Position numbers and translations under genes: made by a program. A stretch of DNA of 63,761 nt, filler included, from Elsinoe ampelina (taxonomy: Eukaryota): NCBI GenBank assembly GCA_010093995.1. It is 8 parts of 4 records of this genome, joined end to end, with 100 filler letters (N's around TTAATTAATTAA, not from the genome) between each part and the next. Parts side by side here need not be neighbours in the genome. Positions count along the whole stretch, not along the records: positions 36,295 to 50,888 come from ML992508.1; positions 50,989 to 60,842 come from ML992508.1; positions 60,943 to 62,348 come from ML992510.1; 5 more parts are not named here. One strand, given 5' to 3'. The notes under the pieces are model-generated. The model made no database searches. It was not told the origin of the DNA and saw nothing but the letters and a program-made list of their open reading frames with translations. Of this stretch, positions 49,180 through 62,000 are shown in pieces. The stretch's first letter is position 1. The number at the start of each line of letters is the position of its first letter.

Positions 49180-50888
49180 TGTTGTAACTAGCAAATCGGA
49201 TCGAGAGACGTGTGTTTCATTCAGAGAGTTACAATAACCGATTTATCTACTGTGCGTGCGCTGACTTATTAGTACCAGTTCTTTAGTACTAGAGAAGCTG
49301 TACTAGCCTTCTATTATAACACTCCCCCTCTAGTATAGATTGCTAAAGCTAGAGAACTGTCTTGTCACATGTAAGTAAAGTAATTAGCTTATTACTTTAT
49401 CTCTTTATAATTGCTTATAATTGTTAGTGTTAGCTAATCATTAGTAAGAATTCACTATTAGTTTAGCTTATAATTACTAGCAATAATAGTAACTATTAAC
49501 AATAGCTAGGTAGCTATTGTTTATATAAATAGACTAGCTTATAAGTCTTAATTAAAGAGATATAAGTATCTAACTAGCCTCTTTATGATTTCTCTTTCCT
49601 TTATTATACTTATAGTAGTAGCCTTTTCTTTTACATAATACTTTTACCTTCTTACTATACTATATTAATAACACTTATAATATAAGCGCTATAGTATAGT
49701 AATAGCTAGGCATTAGTAGCATTACTACTAGTACTAGTGCTCTAAGTAGTCTACTAGGTAGCGGAGGTAGTAGTAAGAAGAGAAATTCTCTATTAAGGTT
49801 GCCTAGTACTTCTAATGTTAATTATAATACTACTATAAGACTAATTACTTGTCTTAATACTCTTAGTAAGTAGCTATAAAGCATTAATAGCATAAGCTAA
49901 TATTAATAGCCTAATTAACTTAGACTTTAACTTAATAGTTAGCCGATATAATCTAGAATACTCTTCTTAGGCTTAGGATAATTAGTTATTATAACTATAC
50001 TAACTTATATTCTGTCTAGAGGTCTATAGTAGTTTAGGCCTTTAGTACCTGTAGTACACACCTAGTAGTTACTAATCCTATTCTAGTTAAGGATCTAACT
50101 AAGTAAGTTAACCTTACTAGATCTACTAACTACTTTACTACTTTAATAGCTTCTAGTGCTACTAGTAGAGTAGTCTACTATAGCACTAATTGCTACACTA
50201 AGTGTTAGGGATCTAACCCTAGTAATAATTAGAGTAAGGGTAAGAGTAGCAAGTTTAGTAAGTGTATTACTTTGCCTAGTTAGCTTAATAAGGCCTATAC
50301 TTGCTATGCTTATAGCAACTAATATACTAGATGTTCCTTAGCTAACTATACTTTAACTCTAAGGCCTATTAGCTCTCCTAAACCTATAAGGACCCTAAGT
50401 AGCTTAAGGGTTATTACCTAGCCTATTCTATATAGCCTAACACACCTACTAATAGAGCTCCTAAGGTCTATCTCTTTTAGTAGTACTTTACCTTAGAGGT
50501 TCTTACTAAGGGCCTATATACTAGAGGCATTATTAGGTATAGTTAACACCTTAATAACTTATACTAACTCTTACTACTTTATAGTAGTCCCTATAAACTT
50601 TGTAGATCCTACTAACCTAACTACTACTAAGGTTTATAACTTAGCTACTATAGTAATAAACTATATAGTAGAGCTTATAAGAATTATAGCTACTAGCTAC
50701 TCTAGTTAGCTTTCTCCTATTTATACCTTTACACTAGGCCTAGTACTAATAAGGCATAGTAGGTCTAGATCTAATACTTCTATAAGGTCTACTAGTAGTA
50801 ATAAGGGAAGGAGTTCTCCTTCTATAAAGAAGTAATTAGAGGTAGGGGATAGATAGGAGTTATTAAAGGTAATAATAGTACTAAGTAG
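49180..50888 (-). mobile_element. Copia family 1, copy D (3' end only)
   Basis: LTR at 49180-49321, then PPT complement CTCCCCCTCT, then the accessory ORF; ends at a gap. Confidence 0.88.
49682..50835 (+). pseudogene. Best-preserved copy of the antisense, intron-containing DUF3716-like six-Cys gene of Copia (~369 aa)
   Basis: ATA (=ATG) AGC GCT at 49682. Intron 49866-49909 reads GTAAGT..GCTAA(C)..TAG, and the spliced frame runs without frameshift to TAA at 50833-50835. Cys codons at 50194, 50203, 50263, 50296, 50305, 50332 (three still TGT). Confidence 0.72.
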
Positions 50889-50988
50889 NNNNNNNNNNNN
50901 NNNNNNNNNNNNNNNNNNNNNNNNNNNNNNNNTTAATTAATTAANNNNNNNNNNNNNNNNNNNNNNNNNNNNNNNNNNNNNNNNNNNN

Positions 50989-53900
50989 AACAATTATCTA
51001 CCCCTATTAAAGAATAGAAGGAGTAACACTAATATCCTAAACTAGATCCTTAACCTATTAATAAATAGGGGAAGTAACTTAATGTTACTAATTATAAAGG
51101 TAAAGACCTTATAATACTACTACTTAAAGTTATTAGTAAACCACATTTAACCTTTAATCCTATAGTTAATATTAATTAATTACTAATGTATATATAGAAT
51201 AAGGATGTTAACTTCCTTATTACACTATTTAATATACAACCTCTAACTAGTAAAAGGAAGAGATCTCTCTTACTATAAGAAACTATTAGGAGGTCCCTTA
51301 GAATACATCGCTAGATTAATTATAAGAAACTTAATAATAGCAAGATTATTAGATCTATAGCTATTAATTTTAAGCTAGACCTACAAATAGTAAGAGATAT
51401 ACTATTCTCTTCTAAAGGTTATTACTAGTAAGCTATAATAGAGGCAGAGTAGAAGGCTCTAACTAACTCTAAAACCTTTTTAATTATTAAGAAATCTTAG
51501 GCACTAAGAGGTGTTAGGCTAATAATAGGCAAATAGGTCTTTAAGACTAAGAGGCTTACTAATAGTAAAGTTAAAAGATATAAGGCTTGTTAGACTATAA
51601 GGGGCTTTACTTAAAGAGTAGGTATTAACTTTGTTAGAACCTTTGTACTAACACTAAGAGCTAAAACTAAGAGAGTAATCCTTATATATACTCTTTATTA
51701 TAACTAGGTTATTATAACAGTAGATGTAGTTACTACATTTCTTAAACTAGACATTGATATTAAGAACTATATCTCCTGCCTAGAAGGCGTACTAATTCCT
51801 AGTAAACAGGACAAGCTTATTATTCTTATAAAGGGCTTATATAGGCTTAAGTAAGCTACTACCCTCTAGTATAACGCTATAGTTAAGGCACTTCTATTAC
51901 TTAGTTTTATTAGATCCTATAGTAATACCTATCTCTTTATTAACAAGTATTATATAGTTCTTATATATATTAATAACTTTAGGATTATTACTACTAGGTA
52001 GAAGTATATAGATAAGCTAGTTAAAGATCTTTATCTTAAGTTTCTAATAAAGATTATAAACTTAAACCTCTTCCTTAGTGTTTAACTTTATAGAACTAAG
52101 GACTTAATTAAGATTAAGCAATTACACTACTTAAAGGAGAAGCTTAAAGGTTATAATCTTCACTAAGTAAGAACTATAAAGCATCCTATTAATTAACTCT
52201 ATAAACTAACTAATAGCTAAGTTAATGCTTAGTACTATAAGACATTTAATAGGATCATTAGTAAATTATAATATCTAGCTAATAACATAAGGCCTAATAT
52301 TAGCTATGCCACTAATTACCTAGCTAGGTTCCTTTAGAATCTAACTATAGCTTATATAGTTATAGCTAAGCAGATCTAGAGGTATATTAATAGGACTATT
52401 ATAAAGGGCCTTACCTTTAAGAAGACTAATAGACTATTAGTTAACACAATTAAGGCCTACTCTAACTTAGACTTTGCTAGAGATAGATTAACTACAAGAT
52501 CTATATCTAGTACTATTATTTACATACTTAGTACACTAGTTATTTAGAAGTTAAAGCTATAGAAGATTATTATATTATTAAGCACTAAGGCTAAATACCT
52601 TACCCTTACTAAGACCTATAGAGAGATTAATTAGTTAAGAAATCTTATTATTAAACTTAGGCTACTTACTAATATTTACCTTAGCCTAACTATAGTCTTT
52701 ATTAATAACAAGTTAGCTATTAAACTTATAAGAGATTATACTAATTTAAGGAGATCTAAGTATATTAATTTAAGGAATTATTACTATAGAGAGTAGTATA
52801 AACTTAGAGCAATTAAGCTTAAGTATATTAATATAACTTAGTAATTAGCTAATACACTTATAAAGCCTAAGTCTCCTAACAAGATCCTTAATTAATTAGC
52901 AAAGGCTAATTACTTAGTACATATCTACACTATATACTTATTTAAATTTTATATATATTATTATTTTAAGCATATTATTTATACTACTACTACTTATTAA
53001 GCTATCTTATTTGTCTAAAGCTTAAAGCAAATTATTTTATTATTAAGAAGAGAGAAAGGAAAAGCTATTATAACTCTATTACTAGCTACTTATACCTAAG
53101 CTATATCTACTACTTAGTACTATTATTACCTTTAATAACCCCTATCTATCCTCTACCTCAAATTACTTCTTTATAGAAGAAGAACCCCTTCCCTTATTAC
53201 TACTAGTAGACCTTATAGAAGTATTAGATCTAGACCTACTATGCCTTATTAGTACTAGGCCTAGTATAAAGGCATAAATAGGAGAAAGCTAACTAGAGTA
53301 GCTAGTAGCTATAATCCTTATAAGCTCTACTATATAGTTTATTACTATAGTAGCTAAGTTACAAACCTTAGTAGCAGTTAGGTTAGTAGAATCTATAAAG
53401 TTTATAGGGACTACTATAAAGTAGCAAGAGTTAGCATAAGTTATTAAGGTGTTAACTACACCTAATAATGCCTCTAGTATATAGGCCCTTAGTAAGAACC
53501 TCTAAGGCAAAGCACTACTAAAAGAGACAGACCTTAGAAGCTCTATTAGTAGGTNNNNNNNNNNNNNNNNNNNNNNNNNNNNNNNNNNNNNNNNNNNNNN
53601 NNNNNNNNNNNNNNNNNNNNNNNNNNNNNNNNNNNNNNNNNNNNNNNNNNNNNNNNNNNNNNNNNNNNNNNNNNNNNNNNNNNNNNNNNNNNNNNNNNNN
53701 NNNNNNNNNNNNNNNNNNNNNNNNNNNNNNNNAATTAGTGCTATAGTAGACTACTCTACTAGTAGTACTAGAAGCTATTAAAGTAGTAGAGTAGTTAGCA
53801 GATCTAGTAAGGTTAACTTACTTAGTTAGATCCTTAACTAGAATAGAATTAGTAACTACTAGGTATACACTACAGGTACTAAAGGCCTAGACTACTATAG

Positions 53901-54744
53901 ACCTCTAGACAGGATATAAGTTAGCATAGTTATAATAACTAATTATCCTAAGCCTAAGGAGAGCATTCTAGATTATATCGGCTAACTATTAAGTTAAAGT
54001 CTAAGTTAATTAGGCTATTAATGTTAGCTTGTGCTATTAATGCTTTATAGCTACTTACTAAGAGTATTAAGACGAGTAATTAGTCTTATAGTAGTATTAT
54101 AATCAACATTAGAAGTACTAGGCAACCTTAATAGAGGATTTCTCTTCTTGCTACTACCTCCGCTACCTAGTAGACTACTTAGAGCACTAGCACTAGTAGT
54201 AATGCTACTAATGCCTAGCTGTTACTATACTATAGCGCTTATGTTATAAGTGTTATTAATATAGCATAGTAAGAAGGTGAAAGTGTTATATAAAAGAAAA
54301 GGCTACTACTATAAGTGTAATAAAGGAAAGAGAAATTATAAAGAGGCTAGTTAGATACTTATATCTCTTTGATTAAGACTTATAAGCTAGTCTATTTACA
54401 TAAACAATAGCTGCCTAGCTATTGTTAATAGTTACTATTATTGCTAGCAATTATAAGCTAAACTAATAGTAAATTCTCACTAATAATTAGCTAACACTAA
54501 CAATTATAAGCAATTACAAAGAGATAAAGTAATAAGCTAATTACTTCACTTATATGTGACAGGACAGTTCTCTAGCTTTAGTAATCTATACCAGAGGGGG
54601 AGTGTTGTAATAGAAGGCTAGTACAGCTTCTCTAGTACTAAAGAACTGGTACTAATAAGTCAGCGCACGCACAGTAGATAAATCGGTTATTGTAACTCTC
54701 TGAATGAAACACACGTCTCTCGATCCGATTTGCTAGTTACAACA
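50989..54744 (+). mobile_element. Copia family 1, copy E (3' half: RT, RNase H, accessory ORF, 3' LTR), inverted relative to D
   Basis: De-RIPed GKWVFKTK, RYKAR..RGFTQ, VDVVTAFL, KGLYGLKQA, LVYVDDF, AYSDSDFAGD, STEAEY, RSKHID, ADALTKP. PPT GAGGGGGAG, then LTR 54603-54744. Confidence 0.9.
53163..54242 (-). pseudogene. Antisense DUF3716-like gene of Copia, allele 1 (copy E; Cys cluster mostly in gap)
   Basis: Reverse complement of 49682-50835; retains the GCTAAC branch site in the intron. Confidence 0.65.
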
Positions 54745-55161
54745 AGGGGAAGACCTTGGGGCAGGGCCGACATTGCGATCACCGTCACGGGTGTTGTGAG
54801 ATGCGTGGCTTGGTGGCGTATGTAGCCGGAGACGTTGAGTCAACCGCCGACCAGACGCTGTCGGGAGATCTGTTTATTGAAAGTCTGTTTGTCCGCCAAT
54901 GGCATGTTGTCATGTATTTCCCTACTTGATATTCCTCTGGAGCGGCTATGGAACCTGGCAATCCCATGCGAGCAACACGAGTGATCGACATGGGTAGGGT
55001 CAAAGAACAGTCGGTAGGGAAGATCATGGTTTGGCCCTGCATTCCGAGGCATCCACACGTTGAGTGAAAGTCAATATAGCATCCGTCTCTAGGTCGAGAT
55101 TGAGATTAATGCATGGAAGGTCCGTATCTTGGTAGTCTTTACAGATCTCGATGTTTGTGGA

Positions 55162-56839
55162 TCAGCTTGTTGGACATCTGCCAAGAGACCACATCTTGAC
55201 ACTGCGAACGGTCATGCCGGCTGTATCTCCACCTCCCCAGGTCGGATACCACAGATTGGCTGCTTGCCAGAATGCTTTGGGTGCGGCATCGTTCTTGTCG
55301 AGCCATGGCTTATTGCCAATGCCGTCGACGAAGAAACCATTCTGTCCGCCGACCGCAACATTAAGGATAAGGAAAAACTCCTGGTCGAATGGCGTGTTTG
55401 GCCTGCCGGTCCAAGTCCAAGGATCATTCAGAGCAGATTGATTGCTGTTGGATCCGAATTTACCCTTGTCCCACATGCTACCACTGTTCCATTTGATAAA
55501 GAAGATTTGCTGCACAAACTTGTTAGACGAATGAATGAAAGCGAGTGAAAGCAATGCTCACCAAGAGTCGAGAGTCAAGGTACATGAACATGTACTTCTC
55601 ACCCCATTCCAGACCGAATGTGTGGTATGACTTGGAGAAGTCGTCTCGCGGAAGGTAGTGTACACCGAGAGTTCTCCAGTAAGCATCACCAGCAGAATTC
55701 GGACCCCAGTGAAGTGAACTGCTGACAGTATCTCGGCCTCCGGAAGGAAAGCCAGGATAATTACCGCGTGACTCCATAATATCGATCTCGCCTGACAGAG
55801 GCCACTGGCCATACACACTGTCCTGTGGCATCATCCAGATTGCAGGCCAGATCCAGTCACCGACCGGCAACTTGGCCACGACCTCGATTTTGCCGTATTT
55901 GATAGCACGCTTGTTCTTAGTATTGATCCTGGCGCTCCGTACGGGGTTGATGATGGTGCCAGAGGTTGCATTGGCAGTCACGACACAGTCGGCTTGGGTC
56001 TTGGACGTACAGGTTCCATCTGCGGTCAAGTTCAAGGTCCAGCCGTCTGTGACCATGGCTTGCTGGTAGTCTGAATAGTTTGCGGTAAGAGTTGGGACAA
56101 TGTGCAGACCCTTTTCGTCTGTGTAAATGTTGGTCGGATCATCTGTCGTCCATTCAAAAGACTGGACCCCAAACCCTCCTCGCTGGATCTCGTAATTCCA
56201 GACGCCTGGATCGATTCCGTTTGTGAAATTGTCATCGAGGATCGGACAGTATTCGCTGTTGGTAACGGACATCCAAGAGGTATACATTAGATAACCACCA
56301 GACATTAATCCAATTAGACAGCCAAAGGCAAAGATGATCCTCTCGTAGACCCTCCTGGGGTCTTTGACGGCGGTCCAGGGTTTCTCATAGACCTCACCGG
56401 GCTGCAACCTTGAGCTTTTCCATTTCCTTCGAGAGGTGAAAGATGGTTCTGATCCTTCGTAGTCGTTTGGCCCGTGAAGTTCCTGTTGGTTGACCATGAA
56501 CATACTCTGCTTCCTTGGGAAGGAGAAGTTGCCCATGGAATCCTCCCGGTAGGGTTGGACTGGATATGAAAAGCTGCTGCCCGCTCCGCTTTTCTCATTC
56601 CGGGACTGCCAGAAGTTCTTCTCATTTGGCCATGGATTTGCGTCTGGTGGAGCCGCATGAGCATCTGGCGGCGGCATTTCGGGCTGCTTCTCCTTCTCAA
56701 TGTATTCGAAGACTGATTCCTGAACCATAGAACCATCGGCTTTTCTGACATTCTCCATCACTTGGACTCTCCTGCTGGACATTTCATTTGATCCAGAGTC
56801 GGCAGAGCCATTTCTGCCCTTTCTTGAGAGAAGACCCAT
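55162..56839 (-). CDS. Membrane-anchored GH16 beta-1,3-glucanase / beta-glucan-binding-like protein, 2 exons
   Basis: Cytosolic N-terminus, one TM (IIFAFGCLIGLMSGGYLMY), INPVRSARI, GDWIWPAIWMMP, catalytic EIDIMESRGN, PFDQEFFLILNVAVGG. Intron 55561-55510. Confidence 0.92.
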
Positions 56840-57919
56840 GTTGGATGGAGCGACAATGAAGCCCTCCTTGATAGTCGGAGGTCTTCGAGGTAGGTGTGCA
56901 GGTCGAAGATCCGGAAGCAAGTGGAGGAGAGCTGCTGCTACAAGGTCCGGACCACACAACCACCTGCCACTACCAAAGGCTCACGAAGGCCCGACGAAGT
57001 CTATCGAGCTTTAGCAAGGTTTTCGAGCTAGCATAACGGTATCGTTTTCGCGGCTCGGCAGGAAGGGAAGGGCGTCAAGATCAGTCAACGGCCAGTCAAG
57101 GCCATCAACGTTTGTGATCTCATGGTGTGCATAACGACAGGCCGCGAATGGATGAAGCTGTTTTATGTCTCGTGAAAAGTGATTGTTGACGGAACGAGGT
57201 TTTGATGGCATCGATCGAGACCTATTTCCAAGTGAGGAGCTATGAGTGATGATTGTGTACCTACGACATCAGGCACGTATTCACCGAGCGATATCATGAA
57301 TCAAATCTTCGGCACCTGGAGCGCCTATCTGTTATTACGATGGGATTATCGGTGCATGCACGACCTCCTTACGCCTCTCGCTACCTGTCAACATCGACGT
57401 AACCTAGTGGTGGCCGGAAATGCACATTGCTGCGACTGGTGTGTCAATAAATTTGCAAGTTGGAGGGCCGTTGAAGTCGGTATAGGGACTTTGACCGCAT
57501 CGGGCAGGTCTCCTTTTTTAGGTCCCTTGTCGTCTCGTCCTGCAGGAGTATGCATGCAGTGTCCAACGGTTCAAGGGACGGCGCAAGTGACCATATTCTT
57601 TCATGTGCTGATCCCCGGTGAACTATCCCTTGGACGCTGGTACAGTAGTTCTTCGACCTCAATATCGCGGACGAGGCTCGGTGGAGACTTCGCGTCGAAT
57701 TTCGCCCGTTGAAAATGCGAATGAGGAGGTCCACCAATCTCGTGGTTGGCCAGACCCAGACCCAAGGTTGGACCCTGTGGAGCTCTGGAAATGCACGTTG
57801 ACGATGTTGGCGATTGACTTTTGGCTGTCAAGATCAAGGGATCTTTTTCCCTGCTTCACACCAGCCACAAAGGCCTCCCCAACGTCATGGCTAATTTATC
57901 CTGTTCCGTGTCGACATTT

Positions 57920-57923
<4 letters not shown>

Positions 57924-57950
<27 letters not shown>
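57924..57950. repeat. (CAG)9 microsatellite
   Basis: Nine perfect CAG units about 95 bp upstream of the Pmp3-like start codon. Confidence 0.9.
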
Positions 57951-57951
<1 letters not shown>

Positions 57952-58044
57952 TACGAGAGAGAATGTAGGTCTTTGAAGCAGCAACATTACACCTTTCATA
58001 TTCGTAAATATTTGAATGGGCATCGAGAACACCATTCATTGATC

Positions 58045-58758
58045 ATGCTGCGGACGGCATTCTACCGGCTATGTCTCACTCTTGTCAACATCGTCTTTCC
58101 GCCAGCGACAGTCCTGATAGTCACTGGGGCTGGGATGGACACTTTGATCAACTGCTTCTTGTTTCTTCTCGCCGTCATTCCATCGCATGTCCACGGCTTC
58201 TATCTGACGTGGGTATACTTTGCAAGGCGACATCGCGTGCGTTGCAACCCGAATCTCCACAGCTTGCCAAAGTGCTGACACTTCCAGGCTAAACGAGGCA
58301 GATATCCTGGCAAGCCGCATCCTATGATTTATAGCGACAAGATCAACAATGGAGGTCTCACAAATGCTGAAGTGGATGATCTATGGCTGGCCGAGCACGG
58401 ATTGGAGAAAAGACCTTCACGTGCCCGGCAAGGACGCAGAAAGACGTCCGTAACAGACAGTAAACGAAACAGTCACTCGTCAAGCAGATCAAGCAGTCTA
58501 CAGTCTCGACCAGCACTACCTCCGCCACCACCAGTCCGACCTTACCGCAGCTCATCTCAGCGAAGCAACGGATACTTTCCGCCGGGCGCCGTAGCTCATC
58601 GAGGATCAGTGACCAGCAATCAAGCCGCAAGACCTATTCGGACCTCAAGCGTCGGATCAACTTCAAGCCAGCGAGGTCGGGAACAGACTACCATTGCATA
58701 CAACCCACAAGGGAGTGCTCCACTGAGGCGGCACCCAGTGTCGACCGTCAGAGTATAG
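58045..58758 (+). CDS. Pmp3/YqaE (UPF0057)-like membrane protein with Ser/Arg/Pro-rich C-terminal extension, 2 exons
   Basis: NIVFPPATVLIVTG.GMDTLINCFLFLLAVIPSHVHGFY; intron 58237-58287; exon 2 AKRGRYPG..IYSDKINNGG. Confidence 0.8.
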
Positions 58759-59027
58759 TGTAATTACCACACAGGTGCTTGTGGATGTAGCTTACGAAGT
58801 AAATGAAATGCACGAAAAACCAATGAGAAGTAATTGCTTGTCTTACGGTCTGCAATCAATTGCAGCATGTTAGTCTTCCAATGATACCAACTTTGGTGTC
58901 AACCGAGGTATAAGCTGGAGCGCCAAGAAGGACCCTGATTCAGTTCATCCCCTGGTGGAACTGAACACTTATCTACTACTCCACTAATTTATGATCAAAT
59001 TAGATAGTTATTGTCTTAATCTGTTAC

Positions 59028-62000
59028 TATTAAGGAGTTCTTTTGATTTAGCTATCTTTTAGTATACTAGGTTAAGTATTTATATAGTTATAATCTACCT
59101 TATTTTAGTAGTTTAGGCAGTAATTAATAATTTTAATCCTTTTTCCTCCCCTATACAAGTTAATAGTTATAAGCCCGGTATAACTACCCCTATATAAGTA
59201 TATTACTTAGTTGCTTTCCTACTCTATTTATTAGTTAATTCTCTACTATTTTACTTTTTAAGTATTAGAATCTATTAAGAACTACCTTAACTATAACTAT
59301 AGGATTTAGGTGTTAACAAAGGGATAAATAACTATAGATACTAACACCTTAACAGCTAGAACACCTATTATTCTTGCTATATTAGCTAAATAGGCTAGCT
59401 AGCTATATATTATTAAGATAAGAGTATTAAATACTAAGATATAGAACCTTATTAATCCCTAGAAGACTATTAAACTAGAAGAGCTCCCTAAGCCTTAGAG
59501 GCTAGAGGTAGTAAATGCTAACTTCTTAGCACTTTTCTAGATATATAAGGAGGAATAAGTATAATATAATAAATAGTATAAGGCCTTAGCTAATTTAGCT
59601 AGCCTTATTTAGTTATTAATTATACTATAAGTTCTTACTGTTATCTAACTAGAAAGGGATCCTTAACTATAGGCTATTCTTAGGGCATTAAAGAATAGAT
59701 TTGCTCTATCTAATATAGCTATTTAGCTTAAGGTTAAAGCACTCTAGAGGAAGTAGCTATCTAGCTCTTCCTTATAGAATATAGACTATTAGCTTTAGTA
59801 ATAGAAAGAGGTTATAGACAAAGCTAGGAACTATAATCTACTAGAAGCTTAAGGCTTAAGGCTATAGAGAGACTTCTTACTCTCTATCTTAAAGGCTAAA
59901 CTAGTATTTGCTAATAAGTACCTTATTAATCTAGATTTACTAACTCTACTAACTATACTTAAACTAATTACTAAGTTTAGATAGTTTTATAAACTCTATA
60001 AGCTATATAGCACTATAAAGGCTAGTAAGGGGGCTATAGCCTTCTCTATAGCTACTAAGAATATTCTTTATAAGAAACCTAGTCTCTCTAGAGAGCCTAA
60101 ATATATATACTAAGGCCGGTATAAGTAGATTAAGTGCTATTACTTAAATAAGTATCTAAGGCTAGAAGGATAGACACTAAACTAGTAGACTATAAAGGAG
60201 GTTAAATAAAGGCTAAATAATAAAACTCTTAAAGAGAGAATTAAGGCTTCTATTACTTAGGAAGTATAATATTAAAAGGGGTTAACTCTACTAGTATTAA
60301 TTAATATAGCTATTACTATTAGATTACACTTAGTATTTATCTTAGCTACTACTAATATCTTAAGCTTATAGATACTAGATTCTAGAGTAACTAATTATAT
60401 CTATAATTACACTATAAAGGATAGATATAAGGTTACTAGAATTATAGAACCTTATAAGAAGCTATTCTATAGTAATACCTTACTTAATATTAAGAGTTAG
60501 AGAACTATTAATATTATAGCTCTTTATAAAGGAAAGCCTATAACTATCTACCTTATAAAGGTAGCCTATATACTATTAATTATAACTAATCTAGTTAGCC
60601 TTAGGAGGTTTATTAATAGTAAAGTTTACTAGAACACTTAAACTATAGAAATTAGCTATAAAGGAAAAGTGCTCTTCTTAGTTATACTAAAGCATAACTA
60701 ATATATTCTTAAGGATAACTCTAAAGCTCCTAATGTTGCTACTATAGTATTAAGGGATAATAATAATTATCTACTATTAGTATTTACTATAGTTACTATA
60801 AGGACTAATTAATCTTAGTATAAAGTTATAGGCTATCTAAGCNNNNNNNNNNNNNNNNNNNNNNNNNNNNNNNNNNNNNNNNNNNNTTAATTAATTAANN
60901 NNNNNNNNNNNNNNNNNNNNNNNNNNNNNNNNNNNNNNNNNNCTAAGTAATAGAAGTGCCTTAACTATAGCGTTATACTAGAGGGTAGTAGCTTACTTAA
61001 GCCTATATAAGCCCTTTATAAGAATAATAAGCTTATCCTGTTTGCTAGGAATTAGTACACCTTCTAGGCAGGAGATATAGTTCTTAATATTAATGTCTAG
61101 TCTAAGGAATATAGTAACTATATCTACTATTATAATAACCTAGTTATAATAAAGAGCATATACAAGAATTACTCTCCTAGTTTTAGCTCTTAGTGTTAGT
61201 ATAAAGGTTCTAACAAAGTTAATACCTACTCTTTAAGTAAAGCCCCTTATAGTCTAATAAGCCTTATATCTTTTAACTTTGCTATTAGTAAGCCTCTTAG
61301 TCTTAAAGACCTATTTACCTATTATTAGCCTAACACCTCTTAGTACCTAAGATTTCTTAATAATTAAAAAGGTTTTAGAGTTAGTTAAAGCCTTCTACTC
61401 TACCTCTATTATAGCTTACTAGTAATAACCTTTAGGAGAGAATAGTATATCTCTTACTATTTATAGGTCTAGCTTAAAATTAATAGCTATAGATCTAATA
61501 ATCTTACTATTATTAAGTTTCTTATAATTAATCTAGTAATATGTTCTAAGGGACCTTCTAATAGTTTCTTATAGTAAGAGAGATCTCTTCCTTTTACTAG
61601 TTAGAGGTTATATATTAAATAGTGTAATAAGGAAGTTAACATCCTTATTCTATATATATATTAGTAGTTAATTAATATTAACTATAGAATTAAAGGTTAA
61701 ATATAGTTTACTAATAACTTTAAGTAGTAGTGTTATAAGGTCTTTACCTTTATAATTAGTAACATTAAGTTACTTCCCCTATTTATTAACAAGTTAAGGA
61801 TCTAGTTTAGAATATTAGTGTTACTCCTTCTATTCTTTAATAGAGGTAGATAATTGTTATTTATATCTAGAGATAGAAGAGTAGTTAGATATTAGTTGTT
61901 TAACTTAAGGTTATTTAGCCTAAGTAGTTTATAGATTCTTATAACTAAAGGGTAGTTAGTTATAGCTATAGCCTTAATTATAATTACTACTAAATGTCTA

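Noticed and set aside
14583..49180. Flank ATGAC (14583) vs GTCAT (49176-49180) as an inverted TSD pair
   Set aside because: The match needs the first LTR base and the two LTRs are in the same orientation; likely chance.
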